Of a stretch of DNA of 64,000 nt, positions 28,182 through 38,414 are shown one piece after another. The stretch covers positions 167,729 through 231,728 of the forward strand of contig WTZQ01000002.1 in the NCBI GenBank assembly GCA_009889635.1. Direction: 5' to 3'. The DNA is from Candidatus Hikarchaeum yamanae (GTDB lineage: Archaea; Halobacteriota; Halobacteria; Halobacteriales; Hikarchaeaceae). Each line of letters begins with the position of its first letter. The first letter of the stretch is position 1. Made by a program: the position numbers and the translations under genes. The notes beneath the pieces were generated by a model. It was not told the origin of the DNA, searched no databases, and saw only the letters and a program-made list of their open reading frames with translations.

Positions 28182-29183
28182 TTGCATTCTAGTATGGATT
28201 CCTCCCAAGATGATTTTCCCGCCTCTCTGATGATAAAAAACGATCACTATTGTGAATTACGTTATGGGGAAAATCCCCACCAAACTGCAGCTTTATATGC
28301 CGATCCTACCGTACAGGAGGCAAATGTTGTATCAGCACTACAGCTAAACCCTACTGCAAAAGAACTTTCTTATAATAATTACAACGATTCTGACGGGGCC
28401 CTCAACCTTATCAAAGAATTCAAACAACCCGCGGCAGCAATAATTAAACACGCAAACCCTGCCGGGTGCGCTGTCGCAAAAACCATTTCTGAAGCATATG
28501 CAAAGGCACTTTCAACCGATCCTATGAGTGCTTTCGGGGGGGTAGTTGCACTCAATCAAGAATGCGATGTAAAAACAGCAGAACAAATAGTATCCTCTTT
28601 CAAGGAAGTCGTAGTTGCCCCTTCTTATACTGAAGATTCATTGAATATTTTACGCACAAAGAAAAACCTACGAATATTATCTGTTGGAGAATTGAATTCT
28701 CCTTCTGTAACTTTAGTTGAAAAACCTATAGTTGGAGGGAGATTAATTCAACAAAGAGACCTGAGTTCACTATCCTCTAAAGACCTCCAAGTAGTTACAA
28801 AAATAGAACCAACCCCTGCCCAAATAGAAACTATGCTTTTCGCTTGGAAAGTAGTAAAACACGTTAAATCCAACGCCATAGTTTTTGCCACCGGAACCGA
28901 AACCGTGGGACTGGGAATGGGTCAGGTATCTAGGGTCGACGCCGTTAGGTTGGCATCTATTAAAGCAGTTGAACATTCCGAAAATAAAACTCCAAAAGGG
29001 GCTGTCATGGCATCAGATGCATTCTTCCCCTTCCCCGACGCATTGGAAAATGCAGCAGAAGCGGGAATTTCTGCAGTAATCCAACCCGGTGGATCCATAA
29101 ACGACGATGCTGTCATCGATGCTGCAAATAATCTTGATATCTCCATGGTTTTTACAGGAACAAGATGTTTCAAACATGATTAA
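28182..29183 (+). CDS. purH: AICAR transformylase domain protein (PurH C-terminal domain only, no MGS-like IMP cyclohydrolase domain)
   Basis: 333 aa. LRYGENPHQ, HANPAG, and the C-terminal VIQPGGSINDD and TGTRCFKH motifs of the AICARFT domain. The start may be ATG 28194. Confidence 0.85.
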   Translation: MHSSMDSSQDDFPASLMIKNDHYCELRYGENPHQTAALYADPTVQEANVVSALQLNPTAKELSYNNYNDSDGALNLIKEFKQPAAAIIKHANPAGCAVAKTISEAYAKALSTDPMSAFGGVVALNQECDVKTAEQIVSSFKEVVVAPSYTEDSLNILRTKKNLRILSVGELNSPSVTLVEKPIVGGRLIQQRDLSSLSSKDLQVVTKIEPTPAQIETMLFAWKVVKHVKSNAIVFATGTETVGLGMGQVSRVDAVRLASIKAVEHSENKTPKGAVMASDAFFPFPDALENAAEAGISAVIQPGGSINDDAVIDAANNLDISMVFTGTRCFKHD

Positions 29184-29217
29184 TACATTCTTAATTTCAA
29201 CGTGGTGAATTCAAAAA

Positions 29218-31581
29218 ATGGAATATTTTGAAGCAATAAAGTTTTTATTTAATTTTCCACGTTCTAGAATAGGACCTGGGACTGATTCCACATCAAAGCT
29301 TCTGGATTACCTCGAAAACCCTCATATAGGAAATAAATATATCCACGTAACTGGATCAAATGGAAAAGGATCCACTTCTCGAATGATATCTTCAATTTTA
29401 ATGGAATCAAATCTCAAAGTAGGACTTTATACCTCTCCTCATCTTTCTGATTTCCGCGAACGAATCCTCGTAAATGATCAACCCATTCCTCATCAATCCA
29501 TTCGCGATTTTATTGATATTATCTCTCCCCACGCTACCTTTTGTGAATCCAACCCTCCACTTCCCACATTTTTCGAAGTTACAACTGCTCTGGCACTTTG
29601 GCATTTTAACAATGAAGATGTAGATGTTGCTGTAATAGAAGTTGGCATTGGTGGAAAACACGATGCAACTAGTGTTATCACTCCCATGTCTAGTGCCGTC
29701 ACTAATGTTTCCCTCGAACACACAGATATATTGGGAAACACCGTAGAAGAAATAGCACGAGATAAAGCGGCAATCGCATCTAAAAATTCTCCTCTAGTTA
29801 CTGCAGCAACAGGAGCCGCCCTCTCCGAAATCAAACGAGGCGTAAGTGACCTGTTACTTGTGGGTGAGTCTGGCGATTTTAAAGTCAAATATGAAGGTAG
29901 TTCTTCTTCAGAATCTTTTGTAGAAATAACCGCACCCAATTGGGCTATAAAAACAGAACTAGGACTCATTGGATCCCATCAAGCGATAAATGCAGGCATA
30001 GCCGCCGCAATATGCGATCAATCATTTGGCACAACCCCTCAAGATATTTCAACCGGCCTCAAAAATTCTTATTGGCCCGGTCGCTTTGAAATCTTTAGCC
30101 AAAACCCATTAATCATTCTAGACGGGGCCCACAATCCTGCTGGATGCATGGAACTTAGTAAAACACTATCTGAATTTGAATATCAAGACCTTTTCATAGT
30201 TTTCGGGGCTCTTGGGGACAAAGACCATGAAGGAATGATCTCTTCATTGCCCCTTCCTAAAAAAGTATTTGTAACAAAACCCAATATACCCCGTGCAGCA
30301 GAACTTCTCCCCCTTGTAGATCTATTCACAAAGAATGGATATCCTGCAATATCCTCTCCTTCTATTGATGTAGCCCTGAATCAGGCTATATCTTCTTCAA
30401 ATGAAGTGGATTGTATCCTTGTAACTGGATCTTTATACACAATACGTGAAGCCCGTCAAAAGTGGGAAAATCATGTAATCAAAAAAGCAACACAATCTTC
30501 TTCTTCATATTCCCTAAAAACAAAAACTTATCCTGTATATGCTAGACAAATCCAGAAAGAATTCCTAAAACTTGGAGGCTCCTCCGAAATATTCCTCTTC
30601 GATAAACTTGAGGAAGAATTAACTGATATAATCCTTTCTGGTTCTCCCTCTCAATTCAAATCTTTACTTAATATAATTGAAGATGGAAAATTTCATTTCC
30701 CCACCCTTGTTTCTCAACTTTCCTCTGTGATTGACTCTCAAAATGTACCTATCAAATCCAATGGATTCCCCTGGGAAAATAGTACTATTTTGATGGGAAT
30801 TTTAAACCTCACCCCTGATAGCTTCTATGATGGTGGAAACTATCGCACGAAAGATCAAGCAATAACTCACGCAATTTCCATGGTTGAATCTGGAGCAAAC
30901 ATCATCGATATAGGTGGTGAAAGCACTCGACCCGGTGCAGTTCCTATTTCTTCCAAAACAGAATTAAATAGAATCTTACCTGCCATTAAGAAACTATCCA
31001 AATCAAACGTGCTCCTCTCTGTTGATACAAGAAAAGCCAATGTAGCCGAGGCTGCAATAAACGCAGGCGCAAATATAATCAACGACGTTTCTGGCCTTTC
31101 GGATCCTCAAATGCGTTTCATCGCATCCGATTTTGATGTGCCTATTGTTTTAACACATAGCATCAATACACCAGTAGATCCCACTTGCATCATAAATTAC
31201 AACGATGTTGTCGAAGAAATCATATCTCATCTTTCCAATCTAATCATCCGAACTGAAAATGCGGGGCTAGACCGTTCAAAAATAATCATTGATCCCGGAA
31301 TTGGTTTTGGAAAAACACCCTTACAAAATTTTGAAATCCTTCGCCGTTTAGACGAATTCAAAACTCTAGGCTGCCCCATCCTCGTAGGTCACTCCCACAA
31401 GTCTCTATTTTCTTCTCTTAAACTCACTCAACATAATCGTTTATCTGCTACTATTGCAACTACTGCTATGGCAGTTTGCAACGGCGCCAACATAATTCGA
31501 GCCCACGACGTTTCGCAAAATCTTGATGCCATTCGAGTTGCAGAGGCGCTTAAAGAACTCCCATATCCGATTGATCTCTAA
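29218..31581 (+). CDS. folCP: bifunctional folylpolyglutamate/dihydrofolate synthase - dihydropteroate synthase fusion
   Basis: 787 aa. The N-terminal half has the Mur-ligase P-loop HVTGSNGKGST. The C-terminal ~270 aa has the pterin-binding motifs ILNLTPDSFYDGG, DIGGESTRPG and NDVSG. Confidence 0.9.
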   Translation: MEYFEAIKFLFNFPRSRIGPGTDSTSKLLDYLENPHIGNKYIHVTGSNGKGSTSRMISSILMESNLKVGLYTSPHLSDFRERILVNDQPIPHQSIRDFIDIISPHATFCESNPPLPTFFEVTTALALWHFNNEDVDVAVIEVGIGGKHDATSVITPMSSAVTNVSLEHTDILGNTVEEIARDKAAIASKNSPLVTAATGAALSEIKRGVSDLLLVGESGDFKVKYEGSSSSESFVEITAPNWAIKTELGLIGSHQAINAGIAAAICDQSFGTTPQDISTGLKNSYWPGRFEIFSQNPLIILDGAHNPAGCMELSKTLSEFEYQDLFIVFGALGDKDHEGMISSLPLPKKVFVTKPNIPRAAELLPLVDLFTKNGYPAISSPSIDVALNQAISSSNEVDCILVTGSLYTIREARQKWENHVIKKATQSSSSYSLKTKTYPVYARQIQKEFLKLGGSSEIFLFDKLEEELTDIILSGSPSQFKSLLNIIEDGKFHFPTLVSQLSSVIDSQNVPIKSNGFPWENSTILMGILNLTPDSFYDGGNYRTKDQAITHAISMVESGANIIDIGGESTRPGAVPISSKTELNRILPAIKKLSKSNVLLSVDTRKANVAEAAINAGANIINDVSGLSDPQMRFIASDFDVPIVLTHSINTPVDPTCIINYNDVVEEIISHLSNLIIRTENAGLDRSKIIIDPGIGFGKTPLQNFEILRRLDEFKTLGCPILVGHSHKSLFSSLKLTQHNRLSATIATTAMAVCNGANIIRAHDVSQNLDAIRVAEALKELPYPIDL

Positions 31582-32653
31582 CCAATCCACTCGATTTAAC
31601 TCTTTTTGCATTCTCAATGAGTCCTATATATTTCTCTATAAAATTTTTTTCACTATATCCAAAATACCCATCTTCAATTTCTTTTCTAGGTAATTTTGCA
31701 GCTTCTCTAATAGTCTGATGCAACACTTCCCCTTCTGTTATTCTAAACCCCCTTTCTCTAGGTCTTATTAATTCATGAGCACTAGAATTCTCGTGATATT
31801 CTGCAATCCCCACACACCCGCAAGCAAGAGCTAGTAAAAAATCCTTGGGAAATCCACTCTTCACCGCCGTGTGCACACAAACATGTGCCCCCTTGAAAAT
31901 TGCTATTTTCCTTTCTGTGGGAACTTCCCCCAAAAATTCTACCCTGCGTGAAATCCTTAAATCTTTTATTTGCCTCTCATAAAATTCCTTCATCTCACCC
32001 TCTCCAATTATTGCAGCTTTCCATTTCACATCACGAAGCTCTGCTAGGGCCAACAAAAAAGTCTCCAAGTTGCAATTTTTATCCAATACTTTGGAGTAAA
32101 TAATATCTGCGACCTTCTCTTTCTTTGTATCCTTTATGGGTTTGATCTTGATTGGGTTTGGTAGCTTTTCAATCAGTTTCTCCTCACACCCCGCCTCTAT
32201 CACACTCGTTTGAATCATTTCCGATGGGACTACTACTAGATCTGCTAAACCCATAATGAGTTCAGATTTTCTCTTACTTCCTTTTCCAATTTTAATTTGT
32301 TTGTAGAAATCCAATATAAGTGGTTTTCTCAAAAATAGACACGTAAATTTTGATCCCATTACCACTGCCCGTTCTGTCCCATCTGCAATTATCACATCTG
32401 GTTCATATTCTTTAATTTTTGAGGGTAGTTGTGCTGCAAATCTCCATTCAACATCTTCTATATTCTCTGATACTGCGTAATATCTCACCCCATTGTGTAT
32501 TTTCTCCCTATCTTCCTCTTCCCACCACTTAAGACAATAAAAACTAACTGCATGCCCTTTTATAGCAAGCAATTCTGCCACCGTGTGCAATCTTTTTGCA
32601 GAACTCCCCCCTTCTTTGTGGATAGTCCGCCGCTCTACAATTGCGACTCGCAT
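31550..32653 (-). CDS. GT-B fold glycosyltransferase (GT4-like)
   Basis: 367 aa with two Rossmann-like halves. The C-terminal half (IIGEGEMKEFYE...FLGEVP...FPKDFLLALACG) resembles GT4. The last ~10 codons overlap the folCP 3' end. Confidence 0.65.
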   Translation of the reverse strand: MRVAIVERRTIHKEGGSSAKRLHTVAELLAIKGHAVSFYCLKWWEEEDREKIHNGVRYYAVSENIEDVEWRFAAQLPSKIKEYEPDVIIADGTERAVVMGSKFTCLFLRKPLILDFYKQIKIGKGSKRKSELIMGLADLVVVPSEMIQTSVIEAGCEEKLIEKLPNPIKIKPIKDTKKEKVADIIYSKVLDKNCNLETFLLALAELRDVKWKAAIIGEGEMKEFYERQIKDLRISRRVEFLGEVPTERKIAIFKGAHVCVHTAVKSGFPKDFLLALACGCVGIAEYHENSSAHELIRPRERGFRITEGEVLHQTIREAAKLPRKEIEDGYFGYSEKNFIEKYIGLIENAKRVKSSGLVRDQSDMGVL

Positions 32654-32705
32654 GTATATTTATTGAAGATCGAACTCAAAAATAACCATCGATCTGTATT
32701 CTCCG

Positions 32706-33764
32706 TTAAATAACTCCTGTTTTTTCTGCTACTATCTCTGCGTCTTTTTCCCCAATACCCTTCCCTAATATTGTATGTCTATCTCGTATTTCGTGCGCGG
32801 TCGATAGGGCCTTAATGATATTTTCTCTTGTGACCCCTAGTTCCTCGGCAGTCGTTGGGCACTCTAATTTTTTCAGCGTATCTTTTATTTTTCCCCATTC
32901 TCCCGATTCTCCAGAGTGGAGATATTCAGTCAATATGGTCCCTACCCCCACTTGATGCCCATGAAGTCTCTCCCCCTCCGCTACTCGATTCAGTTGGTGA
33001 CTAAACAAATGTTCTCCCCCACTCGCCGGGTGGGAACTACCTGCAATACTCATTGCAACTCCTGATGACACAAGTGCTTTCATTACGATAAAAATTGACT
33101 TCTCCGATTTCTTCAGAATTAAATCCACATTCTGAATAAGCATCTCCGCTGTCATCTCGGATAATGCAGCTGCGTATTCTGAATATTCAGTTTCCCCCTG
33201 CAGTTTCGCCAACTTCCAGTCCTTCACTGCAGTGAAATTAGATATTATATCTGCGCATCCTGCACTGGTTAGTTTCCAGGGCGAACCCACTATAACTTTT
33301 GTATCTGCTATGATTGCAATTGGAGGTTTTGCAGTAATGCTATGTTGCACTTCCCCATCTGGTATTGAAGCCCTGCTACTTGCAATCCCATCATGACTAG
33401 CCACTGTAGGAACTGAAATAAATTCTTTGTGAAGCTCCCCACTGGCTATTTTTGCAATATCTATTGGCTTTCCACCTCCTACCCCTATCACAAAGCCAAA
33501 ATCATCTTTGTTTAGCTCTCGTATGACTCTCTCGACTTCTTTCATTCCTTCTGATTTTACCACAACCATCTTGGGACTATATCCCCTCTCCTCAAAATCT
33601 CCTACAATCTCTGAACCTGCAACCATTTTTGGAGTTTTAGTAGTGATTATCAAAGGATCTCCTGATAAACGAAGTTCTTTCACTATGGGGGCCATTTCTG
33701 ATAAAACCCCCTCTCCTAGTGAGACTATTCGAGGGAGCTGCTTCCAGGTAACTGTATTCGTCAT
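32706..33764 (-). CDS. egsA: NAD(P)-dependent sn-glycerol-1-phosphate dehydrogenase
   Basis: 352 aa. GVGGGKPIDIAK, DGIAS, and the His-rich metal site HLFSHQL...HGHQVG of the archaeal G1PDH family. Confidence 0.85.
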   Translation of the reverse strand: MTNTVTWKQLPRIVSLGEGVLSEMAPIVKELRLSGDPLIITTKTPKMVAGSEIVGDFEERGYSPKMVVVKSEGMKEVERVIRELNKDDFGFVIGVGGGKPIDIAKIASGELHKEFISVPTVASHDGIASSRASIPDGEVQHSITAKPPIAIIADTKVIVGSPWKLTSAGCADIISNFTAVKDWKLAKLQGETEYSEYAAALSEMTAEMLIQNVDLILKKSEKSIFIVMKALVSSGVAMSIAGSSHPASGGEHLFSHQLNRVAEGERLHGHQVGVGTILTEYLHSGESGEWGKIKDTLKKLECPTTAEELGVTRENIIKALSTAHEIRDRHTILGKGIGEKDAEIVAEKTGVI

Positions 33765-33824
33765 ATCCAGGTCCTATATTAACTTTACTTGTATCACTCA
33801 ACTATTTACGTATTGAGTATTTTA

Positions 33825-36800
33825 CTACGCAGCATCTGCCACGGCAACTGGGAGTGTTTTTCTAACATCTGCATCCGGCCATTTTCCAATAGCTTCCAAA
33901 TAAGCTTCGGGCATAACTTTGACAAAAGACCTGCGTTCATTTTCCCAGGCTTCTAGTATACTCTTTGCTAGCCTTGATTCTGTATATGCCACATGATTTT
34001 GCAACAGACGTTTTATCATTTTTTCATCCGATTCTTCTAACACCACTGCGATATCACAAATCTCTGAATTACAATACTTATTCAATCGTGCCTCTGGATC
34101 ATACACATACGCAATTCCTCCCGACATCCCCGCGGCAAAATTCTTTCCAGTTTCTCCTAGTACTACAACGACACCCCCTGTCATATACTCGCACCCGTGA
34201 TCCCCGACCCCCTCAACCACTGCTTTTGCCCCTGAATTCCTCACTGCAAATCTTTCCCCAGCAAGACCATTTACGTACAACTCACCCTCCGTAGCTCCGT
34301 ACAGTGCCACATTTCCTATGATGGTATTTTCTTCCGCAACGAACCCTGAATTTCCGGGAGTCCTAATTGCAATTTTCCCTCCTGATAATCCCTTCCCCAC
34401 ATAGTCATTTCCTATCCCTTCCATTAAGATTGTTATTCCCCGAGCTAGAAATGCACCGAAACTCTGCCCTGCTGTTCCTCTCGATTTAATTATTATGGTA
34501 TCCTCTGGTAGGCCCCCTTCTCCATGCATTTTCGAGATTCTATTCGACAGAATAGTTCCAAAAGCCCGATTCGAAGTTTTTAGATCCAAATCACCTATTT
34601 CTACCGATTCTTTTTTGGATATTGCCCCTTCGCATTTCTCTATGACCTCCCAATCAATTGAATTCTCTACCAAATGAGTTTGTTGACGTGTCTTGTATCT
34701 ATCCGTTCCAGTTATTCTAGCGATTAACGGAGACAAATCAAGAGTTTCAGCTTTAAAGCCCCTATCCACTTCCCGTTGCTGTAATAGATTCGCCCTCCCT
34801 ATCATCTCCTCCATTTTTCTAAACCCAAGAGATGCCATAATCTCCCGTAAATCCCGTGCAATAAATTCCATATAGTTCATCACGTGTTCTGGTTCTCCCT
34901 TGAAACGATCACGAAGTTTTGGATCTTGCGTTGCAATTCCAACTGGGCAAGTATTATTGTGACATTGACGCGCCATTACACATCCACCTGCGACCAGACC
35001 ACCGGTACCAAACACATATTCTTCTGCACCCAGCATGGCTGCTATGGCAACATCCCGCCCCGTTTTTATTCCTCCATCTACTGCAAGTTTTACTCTAGAT
35101 CTCAATCCCGTAGCACAGAGCATTTGATTGGCTTCAGACAACCCCAATTCCCACGGAGATCCTGCATGTTTTATCGATGTTTTAGGACTCGCACCCGTAC
35201 CTCCCGAATGCCCTGAAATATGTATCACATCCGCATTTGCCTTTGCCACTCCTGCAGCTATCTGACCTATCCCGGCCTCCGCAACCAATTTAACATTTAT
35301 GTCTGCTTTTGGGTTAGAACATTTCAGATCATATATGAGCTGCTTCAAATCTTCAATTGAGTATATGTCGTGTTGGGGTGGCGGTGATATCAGCCCAACT
35401 CCTGGAACAGACCGACGAACCCTCGCGATCATCTCATTCACTTTGTGACCCGGCAATTGTCCACCTTCTCCTGGCTTTGATCCTTGGGCCATTTTTATCT
35501 GCAACTCATTTGCGGAAGCCAAATAGTATGAAGTAACTCCAAATCTCCCTGATGCAACTTGTTTCACCGAACATCCTCTTTCCGTACCAAAACGTTCTGG
35601 GGGTTCTCCCCCCTCACCAGTATTTGATTTTCCCCCTATTCGATTCATTCCAATCGCCGTATTTTCATGTGCTTCTTCGGACAGACTACCAAGTGACATG
35701 GCAGCAGATGAAAATCTTTGCACAATGGATGCTACTGATTCCACTTCTTCAATCAAAACCGGTTCCTTATTTGGCTTGAATTCCAAAAGCCCTCTCAATG
35801 TTTGAAAGTTCCCGTTCTGTTCATTAATGAGTTCTGCAAATTCTTGATATTTTGCATATTCTCCCGTTCGGACAGCTTGTTGTAAGCTGGAAATAGTTTT
35901 TGGGTTCCATTGATGATGAATTCCAGTCGTTCGAAATTCAAATTCCCCTTGTCTTTCCAGATCCAATCCACTACTAAACCCTGCCTGGTGCCTTTCCCTT
36001 ATTTGTCCTTCAATTTCTTTTATCCCAATTCCTTCAATCCTATTCGCAGTACCTGTGAAATGTTCATCTATTAACTTAGAATTTAACCCAATTGATTCAA
36101 AAGTTTGAGCCCCCTTGTAACTCTCAATAGTTGAAATTCCTATCTTAGACATAACTTTGAGCAGTCCTTCTTCTAAAGCTTTTATGTACGCTTCAATTGA
36201 TTCGTCTACACTACATCCCTCTGACCCATCCACTATACTTTCTATTGTCTGATAAGCCAAATACGGATTAATTGCTCCTGCCCCATGACCTATCAGTGTG
36301 GCCATCTGGTGAACGGTTCTAGGATCTCCTGACTCCACCACAATCCCAACACGCGTGCGTAATCCCTCCCGAACCAAGTGATGATGTACACTACTTACAG
36401 CTAGTAAACTTGGTATGGGAAATTTATTTTTATCTACATTTCTATCTGTTAATACAAGAATTTCCACTCCCGTTTTTACTTTTTCTACACATTCTCCTCG
36501 AATGCTTTCAAGCGATTTCTCTAGGTCTTCTCCATCATATGTAATCTCGACAGTCCCCACTTTCAGGCTGTGCCCTCCGTGTAGAATGGTGTTTACATCC
36601 CCATCTGTCAATATGGGACTCTTCAAAACCAATTGCTTCGCATGATCTTCTGATTCCTCCAATATATTTCGTTTATGCCCAATTCTAGTTTCTAAACTAA
36701 AGACTAAACTCTCTCTTATATTGTCCACAGGGGGGTTTGTCACCTGGGCAAATAATTGCCTAAAGTAGCTAGATAAAGGCCGATTAAACTCTGATAAAAT

Positions 36801-38315
36801 CGCCAATGGTGTATCGTCCCCCATGGATCCAACAGGATCCTTCCCCGTTTCGAGCATGGGTTTGATCAGCCGGTCTAATTCATCGTATGTATACCCAAAC
36901 GCAGCTTGATACGATCTTAGTTCCTTAATTGATCCTCTCGGTTTTGTACTTCTTTCTACCAACTCTTCTAATCTAATCTGCTTAGATTCTACCCATTTTT
37001 TATATTTTGAATCTGAAAATTCTTTTAATATTTCCTCTTCAGAATATATGCCTTTACCCGGCTCTGCTAAAAATAGTTGCCCCGGTCCTAGTCGACCTCT
37101 TCTGATTATTTTTTCTGGAGGCATATCCAAAACACCCGCCTCACTTGCCATGACAAGTATATTATCTGAAGTCACATCATATCTACAAGGCCTCAACCCA
37201 TTTCTATCGAGAATCGCACCTACCCGTTCCCCATCTGTTGCAATAACTAGCGATGGACCGTCCCATGGTTCTACTAACGATGCATGAAACTTATACCAGT
37301 CTTTCCGTTCTTCATCTACTAAATTCGCATCCTCTTGCCAGGCGTCTGGAATTAACATTCTCAACGCATGAGGCAAACCCCTCCCTGTAGCTAATAATAA
37401 TTCTAGAACATTATCTAATGAAGCACTATCTGATTGATTTCTATCCGCAATTATTGGCTTTAATCCCTCTATACGTTCTCCAAATTCAGGATGTTCCAAA
37501 TCAGCTTCTCTGGCATTCATCCAATTTACATTTCCCTTAATGGTGTTGAATTCCCCATTGTGAATTAATCTACGATATGGGTGGGCCAAATTCCAAGAGC
37601 TACTAGTGTTAGTTGAAAACCGAATATGAATGAGGGCAAAACTAGTTTTTAAATTCTCATCTTTGAGGTCTTTGTAATACTCATCTATCTGATTCCCCCT
37701 AAGCAATCCTTTGTACACGATTATTCTTCGATCAAGGGAACAAATCCAAAAGCTCTCTTTTCCTTTTATGTTCGACATTTGGATTTCTTTTTCAATCATC
37801 CTACGTCCTATATATAATCTCCTGTCGAACTCTTCATCCGTGTGCCCTTTTCCTACAACAAATGGCTGGAATATTGCTGGTTCAGAATCCCTTACTGTTT
37901 GTGGGAGAATTCGATTGTCCGTTGGGACACCTCTCCAATATCTCACTTCTAGTCCCTGCTCTGATAGTTTCTCCTCAATTATGTTTTTCAAATTTATTAT
38001 TTCCTTCCCCTCCTGTGGAAAAAAGACCAATCCAGTTCCATACTGACTTGGAATTTCGATAGGAATCACTTGTTTAAAGAACTCATGCGGGACCTGCAAC
38101 ATTATCCCTGCACCATCCCCTGCATCTTTTTCTATCCCAATAGCGCCCCTATGTATCATATTGGATAGCACTTCCATTCCCATTTCGACCACAGAGTGCC
38201 GCCTCCTCCCTCCTAGATCCATAACAGCCCCCACTCCGCAACTCGATCTTTCTTCTTTTGGATTTATCAGCAGAGCGGGCTCACAGCTCCTCGCTAAATT
38301 GGCCACCATATACAA
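33825..38315 (-). CDS. gltB: glutamate synthase large subunit
   Basis: 1496 aa. Ntn-amidotransferase start ...SSCGVGAV, a central FMN/Fe-S domain, and a C-terminal GXGXG beta-helix (GTAGQSFGAF...GDHGCEYMTGG). The start may be Met 3. Confidence 0.95.
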   Translation of the reverse strand: MYMVANLARSCEPALLINPKEERSSCGVGAVMDLGGRRRHSVVEMGMEVLSNMIHRGAIGIEKDAGDGAGIMLQVPHEFFKQVIPIEIPSQYGTGLVFFPQEGKEIINLKNIIEEKLSEQGLEVRYWRGVPTDNRILPQTVRDSEPAIFQPFVVGKGHTDEEFDRRLYIGRRMIEKEIQMSNIKGKESFWICSLDRRIIVYKGLLRGNQIDEYYKDLKDENLKTSFALIHIRFSTNTSSSWNLAHPYRRLIHNGEFNTIKGNVNWMNAREADLEHPEFGERIEGLKPIIADRNQSDSASLDNVLELLLATGRGLPHALRMLIPDAWQEDANLVDEERKDWYKFHASLVEPWDGPSLVIATDGERVGAILDRNGLRPCRYDVTSDNILVMASEAGVLDMPPEKIIRRGRLGPGQLFLAEPGKGIYSEEEILKEFSDSKYKKWVESKQIRLEELVERSTKPRGSIKELRSYQAAFGYTYDELDRLIKPMLETGKDPVGSMGDDTPLAILSEFNRPLSSYFRQLFAQVTNPPVDNIRESLVFSLETRIGHKRNILEESEDHAKQLVLKSPILTDGDVNTILHGGHSLKVGTVEITYDGEDLEKSLESIRGECVEKVKTGVEILVLTDRNVDKNKFPIPSLLAVSSVHHHLVREGLRTRVGIVVESGDPRTVHQMATLIGHGAGAINPYLAYQTIESIVDGSEGCSVDESIEAYIKALEEGLLKVMSKIGISTIESYKGAQTFESIGLNSKLIDEHFTGTANRIEGIGIKEIEGQIRERHQAGFSSGLDLERQGEFEFRTTGIHHQWNPKTISSLQQAVRTGEYAKYQEFAELINEQNGNFQTLRGLLEFKPNKEPVLIEEVESVASIVQRFSSAAMSLGSLSEEAHENTAIGMNRIGGKSNTGEGGEPPERFGTERGCSVKQVASGRFGVTSYYLASANELQIKMAQGSKPGEGGQLPGHKVNEMIARVRRSVPGVGLISPPPQHDIYSIEDLKQLIYDLKCSNPKADINVKLVAEAGIGQIAAGVAKANADVIHISGHSGGTGASPKTSIKHAGSPWELGLSEANQMLCATGLRSRVKLAVDGGIKTGRDVAIAAMLGAEEYVFGTGGLVAGGCVMARQCHNNTCPVGIATQDPKLRDRFKGEPEHVMNYMEFIARDLREIMASLGFRKMEEMIGRANLLQQREVDRGFKAETLDLSPLIARITGTDRYKTRQQTHLVENSIDWEVIEKCEGAISKKESVEIGDLDLKTSNRAFGTILSNRISKMHGEGGLPEDTIIIKSRGTAGQSFGAFLARGITILMEGIGNDYVGKGLSGGKIAIRTPGNSGFVAEENTIIGNVALYGATEGELYVNGLAGERFAVRNSGAKAVVEGVGDHGCEYMTGGVVVVLGETGKNFAAGMSGGIAYVYDPEARLNKYCNSEICDIAVVLEESDEKMIKRLLQNHVAYTESRLAKSILEAWENERRSFVKVMPEAYLEAIGKWPDADVRKTLPVAVADAA

Positions 38316-38414
38316 ATAATACCTGCCTTTCTATATAATTCTATTCCTATGATTATATATGTATATGTGTATCACATTAACATAATTAATGACATTATAT
38401 CTTTTATCAGAATA

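Noticed and set aside
29493-29969. A 158-aa minus-strand ORF inside folCP. Similar antisense ORFs occur at 57708-58142 (aroE) and 59225-59632 (pabB).
   Set aside because: These are shadow ORFs of well-supported enzymes, with no independent start context or motifs.
38316-38414. A very AT-rich spacer with alternating tatatatgtatatgtgtat and a 12-nt palindrome, aatattaatatt. I considered a replication origin element or a small RNA.
   Set aside because: It is only about 100 nt and has no repeated ORB-like boxes. No orc1/cdc6 gene is nearby and the skew does not change sign. It is best explained as the gltB promoter plus the proS 3' region.
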